Shown: positions 16,886 to 26,984 of the stretch, piece by piece
How positions within the stretch are numbered: the first letter of the stretch is position 1
Layout of the letters: the number at the start of each line of letters is the position of its first letter
DNA from: Ostreococcus lucimarinus
Taxonomy: Eukaryota
Assembly (NCBI GenBank): GCA_000092065.1
Contig: CP000590.1
Direction: 5' to 3' (one strand)
DNA: 64,000 bases
The notes under the pieces: generated by a model
What the model saw: only the letters and a program-made list of their open reading frames with translations
The model's database searches: none
What the model was told of the DNA's origin: nothing
Position numbers and translations under genes: made by a program

Positions 16886-18622
16886 TCACATGTAGCGCGG
16901 CCCGTACGCCGACGGCGAGTTTGGATCCATGCGCGCTCCCCATTGGAACTCCGTCATCAGACAGACGTGGTCACTCGACCACTGCGTATTGGGTAAACCA
17001 CCATACTTGGCGCGAACCTCGCGCTCACCGGGAAGTTCAAGTAAACTCACCGGCGCGAGGGCGTCTTCGGTATAGAAGACGTAATCCAGCGCACCGTTGA
17101 AGTCTTTGGTGCAATTGGTGAACAACGGCTCGCCGATGACGTCCACACGGTCGCGCTGGCGCTCCAGCGCCTCTGAATCCAAACATGGTTTATGCAAGTT
17201 AGTGTACGCCGACACGAGCGGAAGCGGGTGCGATAACTTCGTAGACGGTTGCAAGATTCCAAAAGGATCGATGCCAAGTTCTGGGTGGTCCGCGGGAACG
17301 CGACCGTTCGACAGGAGCGAGTGCGCCGCCGATCCTGGAACCGAGTTGAAATCTCCGCACACCACCATGGGAATTTCCGCAGACGTCGCAATCTTTTCCA
17401 AACCCTTGAGCAACGTGTGAACCTGCCATAACTTAACGTCGTTGTGCTCGGTGTTGGCATGAATGTGCGTATTCGCCACGCATAGCAACTGCCGTTTCCC
17501 TTGCAACAGTTGCTGGTCCACGTCCAACGCCTCGAGGACGACGATGAGAGCGATGTTATCCTTCATCAACCGGTTTAGCGCATCCTTCTTCTGCGTCGCT
17601 CCGCCGAGAGACTCGACCAGACTCAGCGCAGCCTTATTGAATTCTACCTCGTACTTCTTAATCAACGCAAACTTGTCCTTCTTGAAGAAGATGGCGCAGC
17701 CGTCGATGACAAATTTCCCTTCACTGAACACTTGCGCCGTCTTCTTCTTGTAAACTGAAGCGTAACCGTACTTGGCCATTTCACCTTGAAAAAAGTCCTC
17801 GTAGTGGTCGGATTGCACTTCCTGCAAGCAAAGAATATCTGCATTGTAGTTGACAATCTCCTTCAAGATGTTCTGTCGGCGGTACGCCCACGCCAACGCC
17901 CAGTCGGGGACGTACCCGTACATGTCGCTGTTACAGTATAGATCAGCAAGCACGTTGTACGTCGCCACCGTGAAAGTGCGAGGTTCTGGAGTGCTATTGT
18001 GCGAAATCTTCACCAAATTCCTTCTCGGTGGCTCCGGCGCTGGAATCACTCTGCCGGTTATCACATTTTGCGGCTGCGCTTGCTCGTTCCCACTCTTCGC
18101 GTCCACGGGTACGACTTCCAACTTCAACACGTGCCCGACGTCATCCGCGCTCACCGTATAGTTCCTCGTCTGACAAACTTCAATCCAAGGCTCCACTCGT
18201 TTCTTCTCATCGGGTTTGTCCTCTGCCCGCTCCGCCTTTGCCGCCTTCCATCCATCGACGTCATCCTTCGGAGACGCTCGATCCGCCTTGGTCGGGAATG
18301 GCTCCCCATTCGCGATCCGGTTACGATTCCACTCTCGCCACGCGTGCTTGAAGCATTCGGAATCGCAGTGATACGTGCGCGTCGCTATATTCAGAAGCGT
18401 AGCCTGTTCCGCCGGGTGCACCGAGCACACGTTCATTTTCGTCTTCTTCCCCGACCGAAACCATCGATACCGCACGTAACTCCCCTCGTGCGCGTTCTCC
18501 TTACCGATATCCTCCGTCGTCGACGTCCCATCGCTCTTACGCGTCACGATATACGGCGCGAGCTCCACGCCGACGATGGGCGTGTCGGTGTTCAGCGTCG
18601 CCCTCGTCACGGTCAAACTCAT
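16886..18622 (-). CDS. CCR4: CCR4-type deadenylase (endonuclease/exonuclease/phosphatase family)
   Basis: EEP domain: FTVATYNVLADLYCNSDMYGYVPDWALAWAYRRQNILKEIVNYNADILCLQEVQ, ...VANTHI..., CGDFNS, SDHVCLM. ATG at 18622. Confidence 0.85.
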   Translation of the reverse strand: MSLTVTRATLNTDTPIVGVELAPYIVTRKSDGTSTTEDIGKENAHEGSYVRYRWFRSGKKTKMNVCSVHPAEQATLLNIATRTYHCDSECFKHAWREWNRNRIANGEPFPTKADRASPKDDVDGWKAAKAERAEDKPDEKKRVEPWIEVCQTRNYTVSADDVGHVLKLEVVPVDAKSGNEQAQPQNVITGRVIPAPEPPRRNLVKISHNSTPEPRTFTVATYNVLADLYCNSDMYGYVPDWALAWAYRRQNILKEIVNYNADILCLQEVQSDHYEDFFQGEMAKYGYASVYKKKTAQVFSEGKFVIDGCAIFFKKDKFALIKKYEVEFNKAALSLVESLGGATQKKDALNRLMKDNIALIVVLEALDVDQQLLQGKRQLLCVANTHIHANTEHNDVKLWQVHTLLKGLEKIATSAEIPMVVCGDFNSVPGSAAHSLLSNGRVPADHPELGIDPFGILQPSTKLSHPLPLVSAYTNLHKPCLDSEALERQRDRVDVIGEPLFTNCTKDFNGALDYVFYTEDALAPVSLLELPGEREVRAKYGGLPNTQWSSDHVCLMTEFQWGARMDPNSPSAYGPRYM

Positions 18623-19043
18623 GCCGACGACTCCACCCCACGATCCGCACCAGCACCACCCTCGACGCCCTCAATCGATCGTCCAACGCCCTCAGCGCGC
18701 CCTCGACCCCCCCCCGCGTCCGCTCGCGTCCTCTTCCTCGCGCGTTTCGCGTGATTTCCGTTCGAAATGTCGATCTTCCCCGGCGATTACCCGCGCTCGA
18801 TCGCCGTCCCGCGTCGCGCGCGCGCGTTTTCGCGTCGCGCGCGCCGCGTTCCCGACGACGGCTTCGTCGCCCGCGCCGCGACGCGCTTCGCGCGCCCGCG
18901 GGCGTCTCGGCGCGGCGTTCTGCGCGCGTTTCGGCGTCGCGCGGCGGCGTCGATCCCTCGCGCGCGCGAAATCACCCCCGGTCGGCGACATCGACGTCGC
19001 CGACGGGGGGTTTTCTTCGCGAAAACGAAACGACGATTCGCGT

Positions 19044-19074
<31 letters not shown>

Positions 19075-19222
19075 ACCGAACCGCGCGCCGCAGCGCGCGA
19101 CGCGCGACGGCGCGCGGCGCGATCCTCGAGACGGCGAACGCGCGCGCGATCGCGCCCGGCGTCGTCGTCGCGGCGGCGCGACGGCGCGCGACGCCGAGGC
19201 GAACGACCCGAAGGCGCGTCAC

Positions 19223-20440
19223 ATGACGGTGAAACAGCGACCTCGGACGGGAGGGCGCGCGACGGCGCGCGAGGACGGCGCGCGCGAGGCGAACGAGGAA
19301 GCGCGAGCGCGCGCGAGCGGACGCGCGGCGCGAAGCGCGACGATCGGGAGTGGGTTGGCGTTGGCGTTGTGGTGGGCGTCGTCGCCTCGGTGGTGGACGG
19401 CGACGCGGGACGAAGGGAAACCGGCGGTGGACGCGCGCGCGGCGGCGTACGCGTTCGGGACGTCGACGGAGGCGATTTCGGGGTGGTCGCTGCGTGATGT
19501 CGCAGAATTTCTGGCGATGAGCGATGCGCGATGGTTGGGGTCGACGGTGGAGGCGACGGAGGCGGTTTCGCGAGACGACGGGCGAAAGCGCGTCGCGCGT
19601 CGCGCCGACGGGTTCGCGCGATTCGTCGCGACGCATCATAAAACTGGTACGGCGCTGATGCACGACGTGTTTTCGACGATCGCAAATAGATCGTCTCCGC
19701 CGTACACGTTCTTTGACGTGCGAGCGTTCGAAGACGCGGAGCTTGTGGTCAACGAGGTCACGGGGAAGGGACTCGAGCGCGCGGCGCGACGGCGATTCAG
19801 GGAAGCGGATATCGTGTTGGATTACCATTTCGGCAAGTCTTTGCCGGCTTTCATCGAGCAGAACGAAACCACGCGACTGCTACAATCCATGATTTCGGTG
19901 TCGAACGCCCGCGAATACAGAATTGTGCACGTCGTACGCGATCCGCTCGACGTCCTCGTGAGCGGTTTGGCGTATCACGCGCGATCGCCAAACGACGAAC
20001 GGTGGCTCTCTCGCGCGCGAGTCGCCGAGCTTTCGTACGCGGAATTCCTCAAAACTGCGAGCCCAAAAGATGCAATTGCGGCGGAGATGTCGTTTTCGGA
20101 CGACGAAATACGTATGCTCGCGCTGACTTACGTACAGTGCGAGCGAAATCGCGACACGTGCTTGAACTTGAGATTGGAGGCGTTCGAACGTAATTTCGAT
20201 CGCACGCTCGAGCGTGCGCTTCGGTTTCTTCGATTTCCCTCGCAGAACATCACGTCGATGATTCAAATTGCCAGCGTGCACGACGTCAGCAAGTGGTCGG
20301 AGGATGAGTTACGGAAAAACGAACATTACACGAAGCGCATCGATAGGCGGCCGTATTACGAAGCCGCGCGCGAAGACGATGACATATGGCGAACGATCAC
20401 CGCGCTTCGACGCGCGATGGGGTACGACGCGACCTCGTAG
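19223..20440 (+). CDS. Sulfotransferase-like type II membrane protein
   Basis: From ATG 19223: a signal-anchor (IGSGLALALWWASS), a PAPS 5'-phosphosulfate loop-like HHKTGT, and a 3'-phosphate motif-like VVRDPLDVLVS. The ORF upstream of 19223 is Arg-rich low complexity. Confidence 0.65.
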   Translation: MTVKQRPRTGGRATAREDGAREANEEARARASGRAARSATIGSGLALALWWASSPRWWTATRDEGKPAVDARAAAYAFGTSTEAISGWSLRDVAEFLAMSDARWLGSTVEATEAVSRDDGRKRVARRADGFARFVATHHKTGTALMHDVFSTIANRSSPPYTFFDVRAFEDAELVVNEVTGKGLERAARRRFREADIVLDYHFGKSLPAFIEQNETTRLLQSMISVSNAREYRIVHVVRDPLDVLVSGLAYHARSPNDERWLSRARVAELSYAEFLKTASPKDAIAAEMSFSDDEIRMLALTYVQCERNRDTCLNLRLEAFERNFDRTLERALRFLRFPSQNITSMIQIASVHDVSKWSEDELRKNEHYTKRIDRRPYYEAAREDDDIWRTITALRRAMGYDATS

Positions 20441-20552
20441 ATTTCGTCGTCGCAAGTGGTAAACAAACAAGCGCTGTGTAATAATTACGAAACGGTCCTT
20501 CTTCTATTGACGATCGAATGCGTCGAGGCGACCTCGTAGATTTTGTCGTCGC
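20429..20552. repeat. 25-bp direct repeat pair (24/25 identical) bracketing the space between two convergent genes
   Basis: GCGACCTCGTAGATTTCGTCGTCGC at 20429-20453 (it contains the sulfotransferase stop TAG) and GCGACCTCGTAGATTTTGTCGTCGC at 20528-20552 (5 nt from the Aurora stop). Confidence 0.85.
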
Positions 20553-20557
20553 CGCGC

Positions 20558-21574
20558 TCAGGGGAGCCCTGCTTCGGGGATAGGAATGCCGTTTGGAGAC
20601 GCGTTCTCCTTGATCCATGGGTGATCTAGCAATCGGCTGAGCGGTATGCGCGACGCTGGCTCCTTGACGAGCAAGCTTCGAATGAGGTCCTTGGCGTTTT
20701 CGCTAATATACGACGGAAATTGTAAGTCCACTCGCAAGATGCGCTTGTACGTCTCGCTGTGCCCTTCGGCTTCAAACGGCGGCGTTCCGACCAAGAACTC
20801 GTACGCCAATACGCCCAGCGACCACACATCGACGGCGTAATCGTGGTCGCGACCTTCCACCATTTCTGGTGGCAAGTAATCCAGCGTACCGCAGAGCGTC
20901 TGTCTTCGACTGTTCGGCGCGTGCACCGACCAACCGAAATCCGCGATTTTCAATTCGCCCTTGATGCCGACGAGCAAGTTTTCCGGCTTGATGTCTCGAT
21001 GGATGACGTGCTTCTTGTGACAATAGATCAGCGCCCGAGCCAAAGAGGCGATATAAGTCGCACTTCGCCGCTCGCTAAACCGTTTTTGACGCTGCAACTC
21101 CTTGTACAACTCTCCCATCGCCGCGTACTCCAAAATCAAAAACACGCGCGTGTTGTCGTAAAAGTATCCGTACAGACGCAAAATATTCGGGTGTCTCAGG
21201 TGCGACTGAATCTCAATCTCCCGTCGCAACTGGTGTTCGACGTGCGACGCGCACAGCTGCGTCTTGTGCAACACCTTCAGCGCGACGATGTACTTACTCT
21301 TCTTCTCCCGCGCCAAGTACACCGAACCAAACTTGCCCTTCCCGAGCGGTTTACCGATGTCAAAATCTTCCAACTTCCACTCCTTCCCCGCCTGCGCCGC
21401 GCCATCCCGCCCGTCCCCTCCGACGTTCCCGATCCGTTCGTTCCCGAGCCCGAGCCCGAGCCCCTCTCCCGGCGTCCCTCTCGCGCCTCTCGGCGTCTTC
21501 CCGCTCGCCGTCGCGTCCCCCCGCGCGCCTCTCCCGCCCGTCCCGACGCCTTCGTTCTCCTTCTCCATCCTCAT
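20558..21574 (-). CDS. Aurora-family Ser/Thr kinase
   Basis: [75 protein letters not shown] take ATG 21574 (MRMEKEN); the 166 codons upstream in the ORF are R-rich low complexity. Confidence 0.92.
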   Translation of the reverse strand: MRMEKENEGVGTGGRGARGDATASGKTPRGARGTPGEGLGLGLGNERIGNVGGDGRDGAAQAGKEWKLEDFDIGKPLGKGKFGSVYLAREKKSKYIVALKVLHKTQLCASHVEHQLRREIEIQSHLRHPNILRLYGYFYDNTRVFLILEYAAMGELYKELQRQKRFSERRSATYIASLARALIYCHKKHVIHRDIKPENLLVGIKGELKIADFGWSVHAPNSRRQTLCGTLDYLPPEMVEGRDHDYAVDVWSLGVLAYEFLVGTPPFEAEGHSETYKRILRVDLQFPSYISENAKDLIRSLLVKEPASRIPLSRLLDHPWIKENASPNGIPIPEAGLP

Positions 21575-21908
21575 CGACGCGTCCGATCGCGCGCGCGCGC
21601 GTCCTCGTCCTCGCTCTTCGCGTCCTCGTCCTCGCGCGTCGCTCTTCGCGCTTCGCCTCGCGCCTCCGCGTCGCGTCGGGGGGACGAACGCGTCGAGCCG
21701 TTGGACTTTAAACGACACTCGCGTCGCCCGTTCGGCGCCGCGCGTCGCCGTCCCGCGTCTCCGGTCCGCCGCGCGCTCGTGCCGACGACGCGCGTCTCTT
21801 CCGCGCCGTTCGCCGCGATCCGGCGCGTCGGCGCGTCGCGTCGCGTCGTCGTGTGCCGCGTCGGCGCGTCGGCGCGGACGCCCGCGATGCGATGAAAACA
21901 CGCGCCGG

Positions 21909-21962
21909 ACTGTTTGCGCATACGTATATACGGAAACACACGTCGTACTGTTTGCGCATACG
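21909..21962. repeat. Two perfect 16-bp direct repeats (ACTGTTTGCGCATACG) in the Aurora / PH-RCC1-BRX divergent promoter
   Basis: The copies lie at 21909-21924 and 21947-21962; identity extends to 19/20 when the next 4 nt are included. This is the only AT-richer patch between ATG 21574 (minus strand) and ATG 22084 (plus strand). Confidence 0.8.
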
Positions 21963-22083
21963 AATACGACGCGAGGCGCGAAAGCCATCCACCGCGCGCG
22001 CGCGCGCGTCGTCACTCGCCGCCGCGCGCTCGGACCGCGCGCGACGCGCGACGCGCGCGCGCGCATGTCCACCGCGTAGCGCC

Positions 22084-24954
22084 ATGCGCGAGATCACCGC
22101 GGACGAGGCCGCGACGGCGACGAAGCGCGGCGCGCCGTTGGTCAAGCTGTGCCGACGCGGGGCGCCGCACGTCGTCTTCGCGCAGGCGCGCGCGGACGCG
22201 CTCACGTGGGTCGGCAGGCGCGAGCGCGAGAAACGGATCGCGTTCGCGCGCGTCGAGCGCGTGCTGCGAGGGAAACACACGGAGAATTTTCGACGGAAGG
22301 GTGGGCGGGCGCGGGACGACGCGCGATGCTTTTCGATCGTGTACGACGAGGGACGAGGAAGCGAGAGAAAGCGGACGTGGGACGCGGAGTGCGAGAGCGA
22401 AAGTCAGAGAGATGCGTGGGCGCTCGCGGTGGAGCTCGCGGCGCGCGCGGCGAGGGAGGAGGAGGATGAGGGAACGCGACGAGGGAACGCGAGCTCGAGC
22501 GGCGGCGGCGCGAGCGCGGAGGGGGAAGAGAGCGCGAGCGGGGGTGGGATCGGGACGGCGGTGACGGTGGCGCGCGCGGTTGGAAAGTTTAAGCAGCGAG
22601 GAATGCGTTCGCCGTCGTTGAGGGAGCGGGAGGAGAGGTTGGTGGACGGCGCGACGGACGCGTTCGGCGAGGCGATTCCGAGCGAGGTGTACGCGTGGGG
22701 ATGGGAAGCGGACGTCACGCGCGAGAGCGCGGCGGCGAGCGCGGCCGGTGGTGGATTCGCGACGAAAACGGCGCGTTGGCGGCGCGTGGACACGCCGCGC
22801 GTGCTCGAGGGAACGGATACTTTGGACGTCGTGGAAATAGCCATCGGCGCGCGGCACGGTTTGGCGCGCACGCGCGCCGGCGCCGTGTATTCCTGGGGTG
22901 AGGGCGCGGGCGGTAAGCTCGGACTTCCGTCCGCTCAAGACGCAGAGATGCCCACGCGCGTTGAGCTCGACGGTCGCGCCGTGACGCTGGCGTGTGGAGT
23001 CGCGCACTCGCTCGCCGTGGTGCGAGACGCGGACGCGTCTTCAGACGGAGACGGCGGCGACGCGTGCGTTTGGGGCGATCCGAACGCGGCACCGGGGCTG
23101 CTCGGGCGCCCGGAAGCGCGCGCCGTGACGTTTTTCCCGGGTAAAATATCTTTCGCGATGGATTCAATTTCCGCGGGGGGTGGCGTGAAGGTGGTACAAG
23201 TGTCTTGCGGACCGTGTCACACGGCGTGCGTGACGGAGACGGGTGCGTGTTTCACGTGGGGAGAGGGTTCGTTCTACGCCCTCGGCCACGGTGATCGAGA
23301 GTGCCAGCGCGCTCCCCGGGAATTAGAGACATTTCGCCGCGATAACCGCGTCGTGCTTCGCGTAGCGTGCGGCGTCTGGCATACGGCTGCAATCGTCGCC
23401 GCCGTGGGAAACACGATTCGCAAAGTGCCCGTCGTCGCGGACGACGACGAATTCGACACCGTGGATGGAGAGTTGTTCACCTGGGGCGACGGAGAAAGCG
23501 GTCAACTCGGTATACGTGGCGTCGAAGAAGCATCCGTGCCCACGGCGACTTCAGACCAGTTAGGAAAGCCAGGTAGCGAAGTCTGCAACGTGAGCTGCGG
23601 ACAGCATCACACCGTCGCGTTGACTTCAAAGGGTGACGTGTGGCTCGCCGGGTGCGTGGGCAAAGTAGATAATTCCCTCCGCGTCAAAGTGTTTACGCGA
23701 TTACCGAATTTCGAAACAGGATCTGTGAGTGCGGTAGAGAGCGGCGATAATCACGTCGTCGCCGCGACACGAGATGGACGAGTCTTCTCGTGGGGCGTCG
23801 GTAAAAACGGAAGGCTCGGTCACGGCAAAAACGACCGTGACAAAGCCGCTCCAGAAGAGATTGAGTCTTTGCGCGGGCGCACCGTTCTGAGAATAGCGTG
23901 CGGCCCGACGTCGAGCGCTTGTGTACTCAAACCAGCTCGCATGACGACCAAGCAAAAAGCGAGCATGGTGCGTTTGTCCACGTTTTCCCTGAAGCAAGCG
24001 ATTTCGTCGTTCAGAGCAGACGACACTTCAACGCGAGCTCTCGAACGAAGAGATGGCGACGGTAGCAACGTAGATACCGGCTCAACGTCCTCGTATAGCA
24101 CGAAACGAGATCAACGAAGTAGTGGTACCAGATCGCGCAACGGTGGCCGCGGTAGTCAAGGCTTGCGAAACGAAAAGCAAGCGCATCGAATCATGAGCGT
24201 GCTGAGCCCGACGTTTGAGAACATAGCGAAAACGTCGAATCGAATCGCCGGCGGCGAAACCACGAAAGCCACACCTCAGTCATCGCATCGTATGACACCC
24301 GCGTCGCCGAACGCAGTCTTGGCGCAAGCAGTGCAACCGATGAAGTTGGAGTTCCGTAACTCGATCCGAGTCGAGGAAGTTGTCCTTCCTGAGACGCCCG
24401 CGTCGCCTGCGATTGAACCGGCGCCGTCCCCGCCGCAGATCGAGAGGGAGCCGCCGCCGACTGAACCGCCGCCAGCACCATCACCAGTAACGTCTAGCGA
24501 CCATATGCGCGACGTTGACGTCGATAAATACTTCATGGACCGCGCGCGCCGCACCGCAAATGAGGCAGAAGCGCAGCTCATACGCCTCGCGGAAGAAGAG
24601 GCCGTGTTGGAGCGCGCGATGCAAGCTGCCATCGCCACCAAGTCAAAGGTGGTCAGAAACGCTCCTCCGCAGTCGCCTTCGAAGGCGACGCGAACGGTGA
24701 TCGCTAATGTTGGTCGGAGTGCCATGCGACGTGCGGATTGCGCGAGCATTCCAATCGGTGAAGCGCGCGAATGGATCGACGAGGTTGAAAACGGCGTATT
24801 CATGACGCTGCGAACGCACGGCGATCGCACGATTCTCAAACGTGTGCGCTTCAGCAAGCGCATATTTAGCAACGAATTAGCCAAACAGTGGTGGGAGGAA
24901 AACAAAGAGCGCGTTATACGCGAAAACGATCTCACCATTCTCGCGCCTGCTTAA
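22084..24954 (+). CDS. PH-like / RCC1-repeat / BRX-domain protein (PRAF-like but without a recognisable FYVE finger)
   Basis: From ATG 22084: an N-terminal PH-like segment ([17 protein letters not shown]...FSIVY), multiple RCC1 blades ([56 protein letters not shown]), and a C-terminal BRX motif ([28 protein letters not shown]). Confidence 0.8.
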   Translation: MREITADEAATATKRGAPLVKLCRRGAPHVVFAQARADALTWVGRREREKRIAFARVERVLRGKHTENFRRKGGRARDDARCFSIVYDEGRGSERKRTWDAECESESQRDAWALAVELAARAAREEEDEGTRRGNASSSGGGASAEGEESASGGGIGTAVTVARAVGKFKQRGMRSPSLREREERLVDGATDAFGEAIPSEVYAWGWEADVTRESAAASAAGGGFATKTARWRRVDTPRVLEGTDTLDVVEIAIGARHGLARTRAGAVYSWGEGAGGKLGLPSAQDAEMPTRVELDGRAVTLACGVAHSLAVVRDADASSDGDGGDACVWGDPNAAPGLLGRPEARAVTFFPGKISFAMDSISAGGGVKVVQVSCGPCHTACVTETGACFTWGEGSFYALGHGDRECQRAPRELETFRRDNRVVLRVACGVWHTAAIVAAVGNTIRKVPVVADDDEFDTVDGELFTWGDGESGQLGIRGVEEASVPTATSDQLGKPGSEVCNVSCGQHHTVALTSKGDVWLAGCVGKVDNSLRVKVFTRLPNFETGSVSAVESGDNHVVAATRDGRVFSWGVGKNGRLGHGKNDRDKAAPEEIESLRGRTVLRIACGPTSSACVLKPARMTTKQKASMVRLSTFSLKQAISSFRADDTSTRALERRDGDGSNVDTGSTSSYSTKRDQRSSGTRSRNGGRGSQGLRNEKQAHRIMSVLSPTFENIAKTSNRIAGGETTKATPQSSHRMTPASPNAVLAQAVQPMKLEFRNSIRVEEVVLPETPASPAIEPAPSPPQIEREPPPTEPPPAPSPVTSSDHMRDVDVDKYFMDRARRTANEAEAQLIRLAEEEAVLERAMQAAIATKSKVVRNAPPQSPSKATRTVIANVGRSAMRRADCASIPIGEAREWIDEVENGVFMTLRTHGDRTILKRVRFSKRIFSNELAKQWWEENKERVIRENDLTILAPA

Positions 24955-25008
24955 AACATTGGAAATGAAATTCGTCTGTATTCTACGATCAACTGCTGTG
25001 CTATTCTC

Positions 25009-25851
25009 CTAGTCGTCCGATTCTCGATCGGGCATCCACGACACTATGACGTACAAAAACGCCAAAAAGTCGTACAACGTGTGCGTAAACATCGCACTCC
25101 CTAACCCGTCGCGCACACTCTCGATCGAAAACAAAACGCTCGCCCACGTGGCCCACACCGCGTACTGCGGCGTGATGGCGTGCAGCGCGCCGAAAACCAG
25201 CGAAGTGCTCGCCAACGACCCCATCGCCGCGACGTCTGCGCCCGCCCCGAGCCCTTCCAACCGCGCGTCAACCCATGGCATGAGAAAGCCACGGAACAGC
25301 GCTTCCTCACCCACACCCGCGCCGCAACTCAGCGCCAAAATCCCGAGCACGCCGAGCGGCGCCACCGCCGGGAGCACGCTCTCCTCAAACATTTTCCTCA
25401 CCTCTCGTAAATACTCGTACTTGTCGCTCTGCGTCACCGCGAACGACAGCGATGCTAACAGAGGTATCATGTACAGCGCCGCCGCGTCGACGTTGAACGC
25501 GGCGACGCCGTCGATGACGTCCGGGTGCACGTCCGCGAACTGCGTCAATACTTGTGAGCCCACCGCCATGCCGGCGTAAAACGCCACCGACGCGCGAAGA
25601 AATCCGCGCGAGTCGATCGCTCCGGTTCGCGCGTTTACCGAACCGTCGCTCAGAGGCCCTTGATCGTCCGTGGACGACCGCGCGGCGACGAAACCATCGC
25701 GCGAGGCGCGAGGGAGGGCGAAACGGATAGACAGGGACGGCGTCGTCGTCGTCGCGCTGCGCGACGCGAGACGCGGCGAGCGGCGCGAACGCGACGTGGA
25801 CGCGCGCTCGACGCCGGCGCGCGCGCGCGCGGGAGCGAGGGCGACGCGCAT
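25009..25851 (-). CDS. CPBP (CAAX protease / Abi) family intramembrane metalloprotease, organelle-targeted
   Basis: Motifs GVGEEALFRGFLMPW and LVFGALHA..., several TM segments, and a Ser/Arg/Ala-rich transit-peptide-like N-terminus. ATG at 25851. Confidence 0.75.
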   Translation of the reverse strand: MRVALAPARARAGVERASTSRSRRSPRLASRSATTTTPSLSIRFALPRASRDGFVAARSSTDDQGPLSDGSVNARTGAIDSRGFLRASVAFYAGMAVGSQVLTQFADVHPDVIDGVAAFNVDAAALYMIPLLASLSFAVTQSDKYEYLREVRKMFEESVLPAVAPLGVLGILALSCGAGVGEEALFRGFLMPWVDARLEGLGAGADVAAMGSLASTSLVFGALHAITPQYAVWATWASVLFSIESVRDGLGSAMFTHTLYDFLAFLYVIVSWMPDRESDD

Positions 25852-25911
25852 CGCGCGCTGAAAAGTGTGGTGGCGTCGCGCTCCGTACTACATGGTGCTT
25901 TCGCGCGCGCG

Positions 25912-26973
25912 TCACGTCTTCTTGGGCTTGCCCACGGTCAACAGCTCGGCGCCTAAGAATTTCACCGATTCCGCGACGCCGATGGCATCGCCCGAACCAA
26001 CCTTGATCAAACCACCGCGAAAGTGGTCGTAGCCAGCGTCGGCGCCTAAATCGCGCTCCGCCGCCGCGCGCGTCACGTGACTGTCCACCACCGCGAGCGT
26101 GCACTTTTCGCTTCGAATCGCGTCGAGCGTCGCGGCACACATCGCCTCGCGCGCCGCCGCACCGTCGGCGGCGCTTCCGATCGTCGGCGGAAGCACTAAA
26201 CGCGCGCCCGCCGCGAAGGCGGCCAACGCGCCGAATCCAAAGCCCATCGCGTGCCCGAGCGGCACCGGCACGCACACCGAATCCGTCTCCCTAATCTCCA
26301 ACGCCCGCACCGCGCGCGTCGCCGCGTCCGCGAACGTCATCCCTCCCACCGGCGCGTCCGCGCCACCGAAATAATACATCGCATCGTTCGCCGTCTCCAT
26401 CGCGTCGCTCGCCGTCTCGCCGTTCGCGTACGCCGCGCGCAGCACCTCCCACAAGATTACTTTATCCCGCACCGTCCCACCGCCCACCGCGATCGGTTCG
26501 TGCGCCCCGATCAGCCCTCCCGCCGTCTCCGCGTCTTCGCGTCTCACCATCGTCCCGCGCGTGCGTCCATCGCCGAACGTCTCCCGCAAATCATCCGTCG
26601 CCCTCGCGCCTCGCGCGCTCGTCCCCGCGAGCGCCGTCCCCAGGTACGCCACCACGCTCTCTCGCGCGTTCCCCGTCCCGACGCCCAGCGGTCTCGACGA
26701 CGCGTCGTATCCGAGGTCTTCCAGCGCGCGCGCGAACGTCAGCGCGCGATCGAGCAGTTCGCCGTACGTCCACTCGTCGCGCGCGCGCGTCCCGCTCGCG
26801 CCCGTCGTCGTCACCGCCGCGCGCTCGGCGTCCGCGCGTCGCAGCGCGTCGCGCGCGAAGCGTCCGAGCGTGTCCCGCGTCGCGCCGTTCGCGAGCCGTC
26901 GCGCGCGCATCGTCGACGCGTCGTCGGTCGCGTCTCGAAGTGCGCGCGTCGCCATTCGTCGTCGCGTCGCCAT
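25912..26973 (-). CDS. Truncated, degenerate AMP-dependent synthetase/ligase (ANL)-like protein
   Basis: ANL N-domain layout: WTYGELLDRALTFARALEDLG, VPVPLGHAMGFGFGALAAFAAGARLVLPP. The P-loop position reads YYFGGADAPVGG instead of T-S-G-T-T-G-x-P-K-G, and the ORF ends before the usual Y-G-x-T-E block. Start could be ATG 26973, 26955 or further in. Confidence 0.5.
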   Translation of the reverse strand: MATRRRMATRALRDATDDASTMRARRLANGATRDTLGRFARDALRRADAERAAVTTTGASGTRARDEWTYGELLDRALTFARALEDLGYDASSRPLGVGTGNARESVVAYLGTALAGTSARGARATDDLRETFGDGRTRGTMVRREDAETAGGLIGAHEPIAVGGGTVRDKVILWEVLRAAYANGETASDAMETANDAMYYFGGADAPVGGMTFADAATRAVRALEIRETDSVCVPVPLGHAMGFGFGALAAFAAGARLVLPPTIGSAADGAAAREAMCAATLDAIRSEKCTLAVVDSHVTRAAAERDLGADAGYDHFRGGLIKVGSGDAIGVAESVKFLGAELLTVGKPKKT

Positions 26974-26983
26974 TCGTCGACGC
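26948..26983. repeat. 18-bp tandem duplication (17/18) at the start of the ANL-like gene
   Basis: GTCGCCATTCGTCGTCGC followed by GTCGCCATTCGTCGACGC. It duplicates the start context (MATRRR-MATR) and ends 1 nt before the cyclophilin ATG on the other strand. Confidence 0.85.
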
Positions 26984-26984
26984 G

